Below are positions 51,901 to 64,000 of a stretch of DNA of 64,000 bases, piece after piece. The DNA is from Paraspadella gotoi (taxonomy: Eukaryota > Animalia > Chaetognatha): NCBI GenBank assembly GCA_051294375.1, contig CM119266.1, forward strand, positions 9,866,538 to 9,930,537, given 5' to 3'. Below the pieces are notes generated by a model that was not told where the DNA came from, made no database searches, and worked only from the letters and a program-made list of their open reading frames with translations. A program made the position numbers and the translations under genes. Numbering within the stretch: position 1 is the stretch's first letter; each line of letters starts with the position of its first letter.

Positions 51901-52842
51901 ATAAATAGAAAGTTGAGGAGAGGGAAAGAGATGACAAAAAGTAGATGAGAAAGAAAAAAAAACATTTAAAACAAAAACGAAAACAAATGCGATATTCAAA
52001 AATAGCAGTTTAAATCTTAATTTCAACTTTTTTCTCTTTTTATTTTCCAACTAATCAAAACCAAGTTTTTTTTCATTTAAAATTCTAATTCTATTCTAAT
52101 AGGTAAATAATACTACTTAAATCAAAACCAATATTTTCATTGAAAGTTTCATATTTCTTTCTAATTTTTCATCTCATCAAGAAGAAGCATTTTTGTATCT
52201 GTGTTGGGCCGCGCGGTTCCCCTTCGCGTTTTGGATCGCAAAATGCAAGCTTCTTCCCTGCGGTTCTGGATTGGCGGGCCTCGACCAATCACCGTCGAGA
52301 GTTGGGAGAAGATATTTTACCTTTTTTCCCGCGAAATTCACGCGTAGACATCAAGGAAACGCGTTGGCCGGGGGTTAATCGAAACGCTCCGATCTTATCC
52401 CTATGGACGGCCAACCGTTTCTAAAACATGCGTTTTACAGTTGCATAATGGTTTTAATTTGATGCACGAATTTTATCCTGTTTTTATATTGTTTTTAATC
52501 ATGTTTTTACTCGTTTTCGTGCCTTTTATGTGATGCAATATACTAATAACGCTAACCTTCGGATTCCTGGCCGAAATATTAGGTTTTAGGCAGCGAGATC
52601 AAACAATTTTCATTTAAAAAATAAGAATAAAGTGCTCTTATTTTTTCCCTTCACGACAGATTTATATCCCTGGCGATGATCTTCTAAAAAGGCGGACGTC
52701 GACGAGATTAATACCGAAGCCTTTTGTGGGAGGACGGCTTCGCCGCCGCCGCCGACGACCTCTGCAAATGGGTCTAAACATCAGGAATGACTCCATAACA
52801 GCGCCGGAAATAAGACCGGGAAGGAGAGAGGAAAAAAAGAAA

Positions 52843-53700
52843 GAGAACATTCGACCGAGAGAGAGAGAGAGAACATAGAGAGAGAGAGAGAGAGAAGATA
52901 AGAGAAGAGAGAGAGAAGAGAGAGAAGAGAGAACAAAGAGAACGAGAGAGAGAACATAGAGAAAGGAGAGAGAGAACATAGAGAACGAGAGAGAGAGAAC
53001 ATAAAAAGAGAACGAGAGAGAGAGAACATAGAGAACGAGAGAGAGAGACATAAGAGAACGAGAAGAGAGAAATAGAGAACGAGAGAGAGAGAACATAGAG
53101 AACGAGAGAGAGAGAAATAGAGAACGAGAGAGAGAGAACATAGAGAACGAAGAGAGAGCACATAGAGAACGAGAGAGAGAGAACAATACGAAGAGACAGA
53201 GACGAGAGAGAACATAAGAACGAGAGAGAGAGAACATAGAGAACGGAGAGAGAGAGAACATAGAGAACGAGAGAGAGAGAACATAGGAACGAGAGAGAGA
53301 GAACATAGAGAACGAGAGAGAAGAGAACATAGAGAACGCAGAGAGAGAGAACATAGAAACGAGAGAGAGAGAACATAGAGAACAGAGAGAGGAGAACATC
53401 AGAGAACGAGAGAGGAGAAGAGACGGAGAGCAACTACGAGAGACATAGAAAGAGAGAGAAAGCATAAGAGAGAGAGAGAAATAGAGAGAGAAGAGCATAG
53501 ACATGAGAGAGAACATACGATGAGAGAGAGAGAGAGAGACAAACATAGAGAGAGAGAAACATAAGAGAGAGAGAACATAGAGAGAGAAAAAAGAGAGACA
53601 TAGAGAACATCGAGAGAGAGAGAACATAGAGAACATAGAGAGAGAGAGAACATAGAGAACATAGAGAGAAGAGAACATAGAGAACATAAGAGAGAGAGAA
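52843..53700. repeat. ~25-bp minisatellite built on (AG)n: GAGAACATAGAGAACGAGAGAGAGA
   Basis: aacatagagaacgaga is repeated dozens of times with read-type errors. Confidence 0.92.
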
Positions 53701-54350
53701 ATAGTGTAGGGATTCCTGGTTTATTTTTCCTAAATATTAAAACCTAATATTTATAACCAATGAGAGTAGAATTCTAATTTCTGAAAATACATATGATTTC
53801 TGCTCATTAACGCGTAAAATTAATTAGAATTTTGAAGCTTTAAATTAAAACTAAGGCGTCATGAGCCTAATCATTTAATTCAGATGTTCTTTTAGATTTT
53901 AAAAACAAAGGGCTAACTTAATCATAAATATTTTTTAACAAAGAGAGAGGGAGAGTCCGTCTTCCCACGATCTCTCGTTATTACGTCGGAATCGTCTTTC
54001 GCCAAACAACAGTTCAGTGATCCCGACCAAAACACGATCCCTTCAATCGGTTCCTTCTATTTCGCAGTTATAGTCGATTTCCAAAGATTTAGTATTTTTT
54101 AATTCGAAACCTGTATTTGAACAATGTCCGTGTCACCCAGTTTGTCTCGTTTTTCCAGTTTCGTTGAAAAGACTGACCGACCGACCAAACAGGACGGACG
54201 GGAATTTCTTTCCGGCATCGGTTTTGAGATCATTTTAGACGGAGTCAGATAAGCGAAACGAAAAAGACCGATCGTCAAAATTTTCACGAAAAAGCGCCTT
54301 AAAAGATGTCGCCCTACGTTTTGTTATTGTTAACGGTTTGTTTGTTTCAG

Positions 54351-55273
54351 CGCCGCTACGGACAAAGAACCCGATGATGATTCCGTAAGTTGGATGACAT
54401 TTTATAAATTGGCATTTTACTAATTTTATTAATTTTAACTAAAATTTCCACCAGATATCATATCCTTCTGCGAAACGTCCGGTAAGTCGGGGTTATTTGG
54501 TATTTTTTGTAAATGTTGCAATCAGTTTTGTTTTCCGGGTATTTTTTTGGTTTTTAAAGTTTAATCGTTATTAAAATAACGAGAAATATTAAATTTTACG
54601 ATTGTAATTTGTTCAGAAGGGTGGGAAGCCCCCGAAACCCGAGCTTCGTAACATCAGAGGAATCATCAAAGCGGCGCTGGAATTTGGAAAATTGATCAGG
54701 AGAAGGTAGATTACGATATGTGGTTGCTTGGCTTTTAACTTTATTACAAAGTCGCTAACCATTAGATTGTTGAGGGGCGAAACCATGGCGACTTCACCGT
54801 TAGACCTTTCTGATTCAGAAAGGACGAACGTTGAACAAGATGAAGCATTATTGTACTTCAGCTCCTTGTATTTTATGCTAGTGCGAGTACATTATAGTAT
54901 TCCCCGATCTAATACTAAAGGGATGGTCTTTTCATACAATTGAAACATTCTTTGAAAAAATTATACTGCTTCTTTGATAGGAAGCCAGGTACTCTGGGAG
55001 TGAATAAATGAGACTGAGTCTTAATTGAAAGCTTGCAGGGACCTGCTCTGTCATTATCTGGTAATAGTTTTGGAGGCCTTAAACCACAAGTCGGGGGCAA
55101 GATAGCTTATTTATTACATAAATGGATAATTTTTATATTGGTTGTACCAATTTCATAAACTAAAACCAGTTCTAAATATGAATTAACTAAATGTTTCTTT
55201 CAGCCCAGCGAGCGAGAAAATCGTTTCGGAAAGACATGTGAATGAAAAGGAACGCACGCCACCACCACTTTGA
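54351..55273 (+). CDS. Candidate small multi-exon gene (exons 54351-54384, 54455-54481, 54617-54705, 55204-55273); uncharacterised peptide precursor-like product
   Basis: Donors gtaagt (54385, 54482) and gtagat (54706). Acceptors tttcag, ccaccag, gttcag and ctttcag. Introns of 70, 135 and 498 nt. The spliced frame is open: AATDKEPDDDS-ISYPSAKRP-KGGKPPKPELRNIRGIIKAALEFGKLIRRS-PASEKIVSERHVNEKERTPPPL*. Confidence 0.5.
55088..55157. mobile_element. Dispersed repeat terminus, copy 3, inside a predicted intron
   Basis: 70 bp matching 40424-40493. Contains the small hairpin ATTGGT-tgt-ACCAAT. Confidence 0.75.
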
Positions 55274-55591
55274 TCCGCTCCAAAATCATTGTGGAGGACT
55301 CTGGCGACAAAGATATCGTGGATGTTAGATGTCAACTAAGATCGAAGAGGGTGATAGCTTTTCTAATCTTAAAAATATAGTTTCGCCATCACAAAATTAA
55401 ACATAACACATAAAAAAACCTTTTACCGACCTATCTACTGTTATTTTACTTAATGTAACTAAATTCGAGTCGAAAGAAAGATTGTCGCTAGCGAAACTCG
55501 TTTTACGGTTTTCAAAAAGATATATTGTAATATTAACGAAATCAGCTACGTTTGAAAATATATAATAAAGTTGTTGAAATGACGTGATATC

Positions 55592-56292
55592 TTTTTTATC
55601 GTCGCAATCGCTTTGCGTTTGCGACGATCTAATAACGCTTATGCGCATAAGTGGCAGTCGTCGTCGTCAAACTTATCGATCGCCTTTTTTATAATTAAAT
55701 TTGGGTGTATGTAGCTGAAAATTTATATACAGCTTCTCATCATCGAGGTCCTTGAATTTGGGCGAGGACAGTTATTAAATGTTTTTATATTTTATCAAAA
55801 CAAATTTTCTCTATTTGTTTCCTTCTTTTAATTATATGAGCGCTCTCTTTTCCCCAGACTGATTCATCGAAAAAAGTCTGCAGCTGCTTTCCTGATTGCG
55901 GAAAACGATTCTCCTGTTGCATCTGCTGCTGTTTTTTTTTAGCTGCCTCTGCTGCTGCCGCTGCTGATTCGTCCTCTCTCTGCGTATTTATTAAAGAAAA
56001 AAAATTGAATTAGGATTGAACTCGTAAAATTTAAGCATCGCATTCGTGCATGTTATCATTTTGCTATCGTAACATCGGGTTTTTATTTCGTTCTTTCTTT
56101 TCGTCACTCTTCTTATTTTCCTTTCTATTCTTTCTTTCCTTTCTATTTTTTCTTTTTATTTATATTTTTCTTTTTTTATAAATTTTCTTTTCTCATTTAA
56201 TTTTTTTTAGTATCACTATCAGAGTTTATCGTCAATCCAGATTTTTCATATGCGATTGCGACGATCCTTATGCTTTTAAGATTTTTTTTTTT
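55592..56292. mobile_element. Helentron/DINE-1-like non-autonomous element candidate
   Basis: ATCGTCGCAATCGC (55598-55611) has an adjacent near-inverted copy (55615-55628) and an exact inverted copy at 56252-56265. Each inverted copy is followed by a CTTATGC...TAAG palindrome or stem. T-runs flank both ends. Confidence 0.4.
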
Positions 56293-58220
56293 GCCAATTT
56301 AATTTTCCCTCTTCAGATACTTTATACCTTTTTTAAGATTTTTTTTCTACCTGCCGTATTTTCTACCAATTTTTTTTCTTTAACAAAAAAATCGTCATAG
56401 CAATTTCGTAAAACGAGAAATTCAGGTTTTTTTTGGTCTTGAGGTTGAGTTTTAGAAAATGATTTATTTTCAAAAAGAAAAACGATACGAGATTTTTTAA
56501 GCCAGTTGCGTCCATTTACTTTTAAATTTATAATATGAGGAAAAAGTTCATTTATCCCAAGACTAGTTTTTGAAAGCAACGTTTTTTGAACTGATTTAGT
56601 TACACCTACAGGTCCTACAGTCTCACGGCTTAAAAATACTTAACCGTTGACGTTTAATATTTATTACCAAATATAAAAAAGTTTAGAAAATAAAAATATC
56701 GATCTCCCTTCGACTCAAACTCCCTTCACTTGTCAAAAAAACTAAAGCCTTATTCGCTTCTCAAACCACGCCACCGCAGCCGCCGCCGCCACCTCCATTG
56801 CAAGGTATTCACTCCACCACCGCCAACGGAATGGCGCCAGCCGCCACCGCCGCCGCCGCAGCCCCTCCAAAGCGTCCGCAACTTCCGTCAAAAGCGGAAT
56901 GTTTTTCTAATCATGATTAATGTCTTCGCGGATTCTCTTTCGCTCTCAAAGTCTTTTGTCTTTTGTCTTTCAAGCGGATGTTAATGAAAAAAAAAATCCT
57001 CGCGAGGTGTCGCCGATGTCGATACCTGAATTTTTGTTTTGAGAGAATATAAAAATACTGAAGGCCTTTGCCATAAAGATATTAACTAAATGATAAATGA
57101 AATGAACCAACCAGATTGTTACCAAAGTTTCACGATCAGATTCTAGTAGTTAATTTTCCTGGAACTACTTTTAAGAGCTACAATAAAAAGGGTTTTTTTT
57201 TATCGCGATTTCCTAATCATGATTCTTTTTTAAGGGGCTCTCTAATCTCTATTCTGTCTCACGCACTAGCCATTATTCTCATTCTCTCTCTCTCTCTCTC
57301 TCTCGGCTCCAATCCCCAAAAACAGCTCACCGCTTTCCTTTCTTCTTTTTTTTTCCAGCCGCTCTCGACCTTTCGACCTTTCGTCAAATTATTAAGGCGA
57401 AGAGAAAGAAAAAGGAAATTGTCCGGCGAGCGCGGACTCTGCGAAGGAGAGACCGGCTCTAGGGGTGGTGGGGTGTTTGGGGTGATGAAGAGGGGAGTGG
57501 GAGGGTAGGGGGGTGATCGTCGATCCCCCGAGTACATAAGGATTTTAGTGGAGGAAAGAAAATACGCTTTATAGATGTTGTTAAAACGGAACAGCTCGGG
57601 GAGCGGGACGGAGGATTATGTAATATGTATATATGTATTTAATGTATACATACATACATACACATACGGTCGAGTCTAGTGAGTTAAGTAACACAGTGAA
57701 AGAGTTACTATATAACATCTGTAAAATTCTGTATTCTGTAACGAACAATTGTACCCCGAGGTCAGCTTTGCTTTGGGATCAAAGAGTGCCGATGTTGGGC
57801 CAAAATAAAAAACAAGGGTCTTAAAAAGGTGATAAGTTATACGGGAATAAATATGGATTCTAAAGACCGGATGATATCATGTCACACATGCTCAATGAGC
57901 ATACTCATATGCTCATACACAATTCAATTCTAGTATTCGTCTGCCGCTTTTTTAAAGATTATTTCTTGCCTCGAACCGTAAGCCAATTTTAAATTCTCGT
58001 CACCCCTTTTGGATCTCCCCCGCAGTTTCTCTTCAAAAAAAAACCCCGACAATCTCGTCTCGTTCACCCCCAAATTTCCTCTACCTCTAAAACCTAAATC
58101 CTCCCCCAAATCGAATCTCCCCCCCTTATGTCCCCCCCCCCGTGTCCCTGATTTATTCCCGGATCTCGTTCGTCCTCAGCCAGAATTTTCAACAAGTTGA
58201 CGCGAAAGTCACGGAGGGCG

Positions 58221-58282
<62 letters not shown>

Positions 58283-59631
58283 CGACCGCGACCACAGCTG
58301 CGCCACGTGGAAAACGAGTTCCTGGACGCGACGACGAAAGTAGCAGATGCAGAGCGGCGGCGGCGGCGGCCCGGGAGATGCAGGAGGGGGTGGAATTTAC
58401 GAGGTAAGGTGGAATTGACATCGTTCGGCGAATGGAGAGAAGTTGGGGGTTTGGGTAAGGAGTACGGAGGGGTAGGATTCTAGACATAATATGGTAAGTA
58501 TGGTAAGTAAGGAACGGTAGGCGACGTTAAACGATAAACTCGATATTCGTAATACGTGAGAAAAATCATATCTGCCCAGTCTCAAACATGACCCTAAAAA
58601 TTAACATAAAACGCGAATCTTGAAGCATGAAATTCGAAACATTATAAATGCAAAGGAAATGAAGTTTTCTTAACCAGATCAAATCGCCAGTTTTCGATAA
58701 TTTAAAAATCCCAGTTAAAATATTTTTGTTGGTAGGTAGGGTAAGTACACTCTCTGTTCCCCTCTGGAGCAGAGGACAAACCGCAGCCGCGGAATAGAAA
58801 CGAGCGGGTAAGTCGGAAATTTGCAATCGCGTCGCTCGGCCGAGTGGCAGGTGGCAAAGCTGGAGGCGTTGCCATTTCTCTTTAAGATGGCGGTTTGTGG
58901 CAAAAACGTTCTTTTGGAGAGAGGCGGGACCGGCGGATGGGTTGGAAGGAAGAAGCCGTTTAATGAGTGAGAGGGAAAACTTAGATTTGGTTAGAGGGGT
59001 TCTTTGCTTACAGGGTGAGTCGTGCGTTTGGGGAAACGGTGCAAAAGAAAAAAAGTTAAGGAAAAGTAATTGAAAAAAAAAATAATAGGAAAGGTAAACG
59101 TAAAGAGTAGTCGACTAGTCATTATGTAGCACATGGTAATTATGAATAATAAATCAAAAAGAGGAAATAAAGGCAAAAAGTCAAATTTTCCATTTGCATC
59201 GTGTAAAAAGAACAATGACAAGGTGAAAAATAACTCGAAATTAAATAATTTGTGATACAGAACCACAAGATCGATCAAAAAGCACATGTAGGTCTTTTTC
59301 GAATTGAACCATGCGAAAAAAAACCCGGTAAAAAAACAACGATACTCGAAGAATTACATAGATTTTCATAAATTTTCATAGATATTTCATAAGTGCCAAA
59401 TAATCCTTTATCTATTCTAAACTATGCATTAATTTATCTCGAATCGAAAATGTTCGCTTTCGAAAATGCTACAGGGTTGCAACGATCTCTAAAATGTGCA
59501 AGAAAAAAAAAGGGCAATCCCAAGCACCCGCAGTAGGCGTTCTACAAACTTGCGCGAGCAAAGGTTTCCACGCGGGTGCATGGAATCGCGGTGCATGGAA
59601 TCGCGATTGCCGTTTATGAATCATTCAACGA

Positions 59632-59635
<4 letters not shown>

Positions 59636-59702
<67 letters not shown>
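59636..59702. repeat. (CT)n microsatellite
   Basis: Dinucleotide run. Confidence 0.97.
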
Positions 59703-59711
<9 letters not shown>

Positions 59712-60299
59712 TTTCCGATTCGATGAACTTTTTCGTCGACGCCAAATGTTGCACTTTTCATTTCTCAGAAATGTTCGGCTCGAGAGGAATTTCCCTTCGG
59801 CGCTGAATTCCATCTCTCTCCCTCCACTCACACACTCACAAACACACACGGGCGTCGGCGCCACGCCATGAGACCGGCGTTCCTTGACAGGCGCCTTTTC
59901 GACGCCGCCGCTGCAACAAGTTCGCACGAAAATATATTTTGAGGGTGTTACATAAAGTTGAAATTTTTTAAATAGTACAAAGTAAAAAAAACAACTGCTC
60001 GAAAATGAAGTTCTTTAAGTAAATAAAACAGCTTTCATGCCATTATGGTTTTCCGATTTAACTTTCGTTCCCGAGCGATATTTCAGCCGAGGTAAATATA
60101 CATAAATCACAATAAATAGGCCATTGAGAAACGAAATTAATCCGCTTCCCACCGGTGATACTAGTAATAATCTTTATTTTTTATATAAATTTACCAGTCG
60201 TTTATATTCAGCAAAAACGAGAATTTAGGACATCGTTCCTTCTGCCTTCCAACAGCAACCAATGACAAACGAGAAATATTTCCTTTAGCGATGCGGGGC

Positions 60300-60740
60300 G
60301 AGGAGAGAGAGGGGAGGAACGGGAGGAAGGAGGGGAGGAAGGGGGAGAGAGGGGGAGGAAAGAAGGGAGAAGGGAAGGAGGAGGGGAGGGGAAAGGAATG
60401 GGAGAGAGGGGAGGAAGAAGGAGAGAGAGGAGGAAGGAGGAAAGAAGAAAGAGTTGAGGAAAGAAGAGAATTGGAGGAAAGAAGGGAAAAGGAGGAGAGA
60501 TGGAAGGAAGCCGAAAAAAGATAACGAGAGAAATACGAGGTGAGTGGACGAGAGAGAGGGAGAGAGGGAAAGATGTGAGGTATGGAGGAGGAAGATGGAG
60601 AAAGAGAGTGTAGGAAATAGCGGGGAGGAAAGGGAGGAGGTAAAAAGGAAGGAGGAAAGGGTGGAAAGGGAGGAAAGGAGACGAGGAGGAGAATGGAGAA
60701 GGAAAATGGAGAGAAGAGGAAGAGGAAAGAGAGAAACGAA
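60300..60740. repeat. Polypurine low-complexity tract
   Basis: G/A-dominated stretch. Confidence 0.85.
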
Positions 60741-60833
60741 TTTGAGAAGGTAAGATTTTCTTTTGAAAGATTTGCAACATTTTTCTGCGCAATCTATAAA
60801 CAGACTTTACAAGCAATACCAAGCATAGGACAT

Positions 60834-60880
<47 letters not shown>

Positions 60881-62186
60881 CTATTCCAGAGATACGCCAT
60901 GGATATTTTTAAAACCCCGTGTTTCATATGTTTCCCCGTCGACCAGATTCGTGAAGCGTCGAAGCATTTATCTTATGTTTGCTAGAGTTTCCCGCGCTGG
61001 CCGCTAGTCGGTTCCGCGTCGCCAGTGCGGACGACGCCATCTTGTTTCGTATTTTTTTTTAAAGAGGGAGAGAGAGTGAGTCGNNNNNNNNNNNNNNNNN
61101 NNNNNNNNNNNNNNNNNNNNNNNNNNNNNNNNNNNNNNNNNNNNNNNNNNNNNNNNNNNNNNNNNNNNNNNNNNNNNNNNNNNNNNNNNNNNNNNNNNNN
61201 NNNNNNNNNNNNNNNNNNNNNNNNNNNNNNNNNNNNNNNNNNNNNNNNNNNNNNNNNNNNNNNNNNNNNNNNNNNNNNNNNNNNNNNNNNNNNNNNNNNN
61301 NNNNNNNNNNNNNNNNNNNNNNNNNNNNNNNNNNNNNNNNNNNNNNNNNNNNNNNNNNNNNNNNNNNNNNNNNNNNNNNNNNNNNNNNNNNNNNNCCTGG
61401 CTCACTCCCCCTCCCTTTCTACCAACCCCATTCTCCTCCCACGCACACAGAGAAAGAGCGAGAGGCTGGAAAACTACTTAAGAAGGTAAGAGTCAAGTTA
61501 TAAAATCCCCGGGGACGCGTGGTTAATCCATCTCGAGTCGGAATTTAAATTTTCAATCCATTTGTATCTCCTTAAATGTTTTTTTCTTTCTTTTTTTTTG
61601 GTGTCTTGGCGCGGTGAAAATTCTCCTTTGGTTCGAGCCTTTTAAGAAAGTGTTTTAAAAAGTTAAATTTGTTTTAATAAGTCTAAAATTTCATTTGTTT
61701 TATTTGTTTTGTTTCGCTTTGTTGAGGTTAAAAAAAAAATAAAGGTACAAACAGTCAATATTAATTTTCGTTCTCTCTTTTTCAACTCAAAAAGCTCAGA
61801 GCGTAACTCCGTAACGTGAAGAGTTTTCTCGTTTTATTCAAACTGGGTTAAAACCTTTTTCTCTCTCTCTCTCTCATTCTCTCTTTTCTAATACATTCTT
61901 TGTTAAAATAAAAAAAAATACAATTTAAAAAAATAAAGACAGCGCGTTATATCGTTCAGTTCTTTCTTCCTTTTCTCTAAACCTCAGCCCATTCGTTTCA
62001 ATTTTATTCTCATTTCCGGTTGTCTCTCTCTTTTTTCCCGCCATTTTTTCCCTCGCTTTTCCTGACCTTTGACCTTTCTCTCCTTTTCCTCCCTTTTCTT
62101 TTTCCTTTTTCCTCCCTTTGGCCATTTCGCGGTCCGGCCGACGCTATCGAGACTTCGCGATGATTCGAGGAAGTCGCTGGATTAAG

Positions 62187-62219
<33 letters not shown>

Positions 62220-64000
62220 NNNNNNNNNNNNNNNNNNNNNNNNNNNNNNNNNNNNNNNNNNNNNNNNNNNNNNNNNNNNNNNNNNNNNNNNNNNNNNNAG
62301 AGAGAGAGAGAGAGAGACAGAGAGAAAGAGAGAGAGAGTGAGTTTGATAATGTGTGTTAGAATGGGATCTATAGCATATAATACAGCGCATGGTAGCATG
62401 TCAAGGGCAAAGCTTTTTGTTTTTCAAGTGGTTTGGTTAGCTTCATAAACTTTGGGAAAAGAAAAGGACGAGAAACCGCGATGACAACAAAAGAGTCAGA
62501 AAAGAAAGGAAAGTTTTGAAGAGAGAAAAAAAAAGGTGACAAAAAAGGAACAAAAAGGAAAAACTAAAGAAAATAACAATGAAAAACATAAAGAAAATGA
62601 GGAAAACCATTTGAGATAAAAGGAGGGAAAAAGGCGCGGAGAAGAACAAGACCTTTGGAGCAAAGGAAGCGTCAGGAACATCAATGGAAGTGAAGAATTA
62701 AAAGGAGAGAAAGAAAGAGATGGGGAGATTTGACAAAGAAAGATAAATAAAAGAAAGATATCTTTAATGAAAAGGAAATCAAGATTTATTGAGTAAAGGT
62801 GCTAGAAGGAAATTTCTTGAGGCTTTGGAGAAAAAAAGCAAAATATTTAGTGTTAAAATAAAAAAAAAAGATGCAATACATCGAATGAAGTAATAAAGCT
62901 AAAACTGAAGTTAAGAAAAAAAGCAAAACAGAGAAAGCAAGACAGTAAAAGAAACGAAAAAGCAAAGAAAGCAAGAAAATATCAAGAAACGAAAAAAGCA
63001 AAGACATCGTCGAGTCGAGGAATCTCGTCAAGCCAAAGGTGAACGACTCCTTCTTCGCACGCCTCCTTCCACACCCCACNNNNNNNNNNNNNNNNNNNNN
63101 NNNNNNNNNNNNNNNNNNNNNNNNNNNNNNNNNNNNNNNNNNNNNNNNNNNNNNNNNNNNNNNNNNNNNNNNNNNNNNNNNNNNNNNNNNNNNNNNNNNN
63201 NNNNNNNNNNNNNNNNNNNNNNNNNNNNNNNNNNNNNNNNNNNNNNNNNNNNNNNNNNNNNNNNNNNNNNNNNNNNNNNNNNNNNNNNNNNNNNNNNNNN
63301 NNNNNNNNNNNNNNNNNNNNNNNNNNNNNNNNNNNNNNNNNNNNNNNNNNNNNNNNNNNNNNNNNNNNNNNNNNNNNNNNNNNNNNNNNNNNNNNNNNNN
63401 NNNNNNNNNNNNNNAGGGGTGCTGTTGCACCTTGATAAAGCGAGGCGCGAGCTGAGTCGCGAACTCGGTCGTTCGAGAATTATAGAATTTATATGAAGGA
63501 ACGAATCCGGACTTCGAGGTTACGTATGTTTACTGATTGCTTACGTAAAAACAAACAAACAAAGGACCCGTTGATTAAATAAAACATCGCTTACCTTTTG
63601 TTTTTATTTTCCGTTTTTTGGAGATGGCGGGCGTTAACGAAAGAAAAAAGAAACAGGATAATTGAATATAGGGAGTTAAAGGGTGAGACGAGGTTTCAAT
63701 AATAAAATCATGGTTTTTCATTCTCTCTCTCTCTNNNNNNNNNNNNNNNNNNNNNNNNNNNNNNNNNNNNNNNNNNNNNNNNNNNNNNNNNNNNNNNNNN
63801 NNNNNNNNNNNNNNNNNNNNNNNNNNTCTCTCTCTCTCAGAATCGAAACGGAATCGCTTCCATTTCGCGACTGCAAAACCCGGCGAAGAAAATGTCAAAT
63901 GATTGAAAATGCCACGACCTCTGGTAGAGCACGGAGTGGGGAGAAAAAATGCGGGGNNNNNNNNNNNNNNNNNNNNNNNNNCAGGAGGGGGCGGGGTGGA

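Noticed and set aside
52662-53687. 341-aa minus-strand ORF (SLSFSMFSL repeats)
   Set aside because: Translation of an AG-derived minisatellite.
58190-58410. Possible exon ending at GAG|GTAAGG (58404)
   Set aside because: It contains an (AG)n tract, the frame is ambiguous, and no partner exon or homology was recognised.

Overview
This is a low-quality draft scaffold from a eukaryotic genome, most likely an invertebrate animal. It is AT-rich, CpG-retaining and mostly non-coding, with very many (AG/CT)n and (GAC/GTC)n microsatellites, purine/pyrimidine tracts and over 20 N-gaps. I recognise no conserved protein-coding gene, rRNA, intact tRNA, CRISPR array or prokaryotic operon. Nearly all ORFs in the supplied track come from microsatellites, N-runs or an A-depleted block. 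Seven gaps are exactly 25 N and most sit beside indel-rich sequence or duplicated flanks, which points to gap filling with unpolished long reads. The most eye-catching large structures are therefore probably assembly artefacts: a ~7.8 kb A-poor/C-rich block, a ~2 kb foldback and a ~2.2 kb tandem duplication. The best biological candidates are: (1) a small multi-exon + strand gene at ~54.3-55.3 kb with 34- and 27-nt exons that could encode a precursor with a cationic amphipathic helix; (2) a multi-hairpin structured-RNA candidate at ~9.27-9.46 kb; (3) a ~69-bp x ~14 tandem array whose consensus is stop-free in two frames; (4) a Helentron/DINE-1-like element, a tRNA-derived SINE head and a thrice-seen MITE-like terminus; (5) a T-rich, mitochondrion-like segment with two perfect hairpins. 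All calls were made by eye and need computational confirmation. I found no convincing novel multi-gene system.
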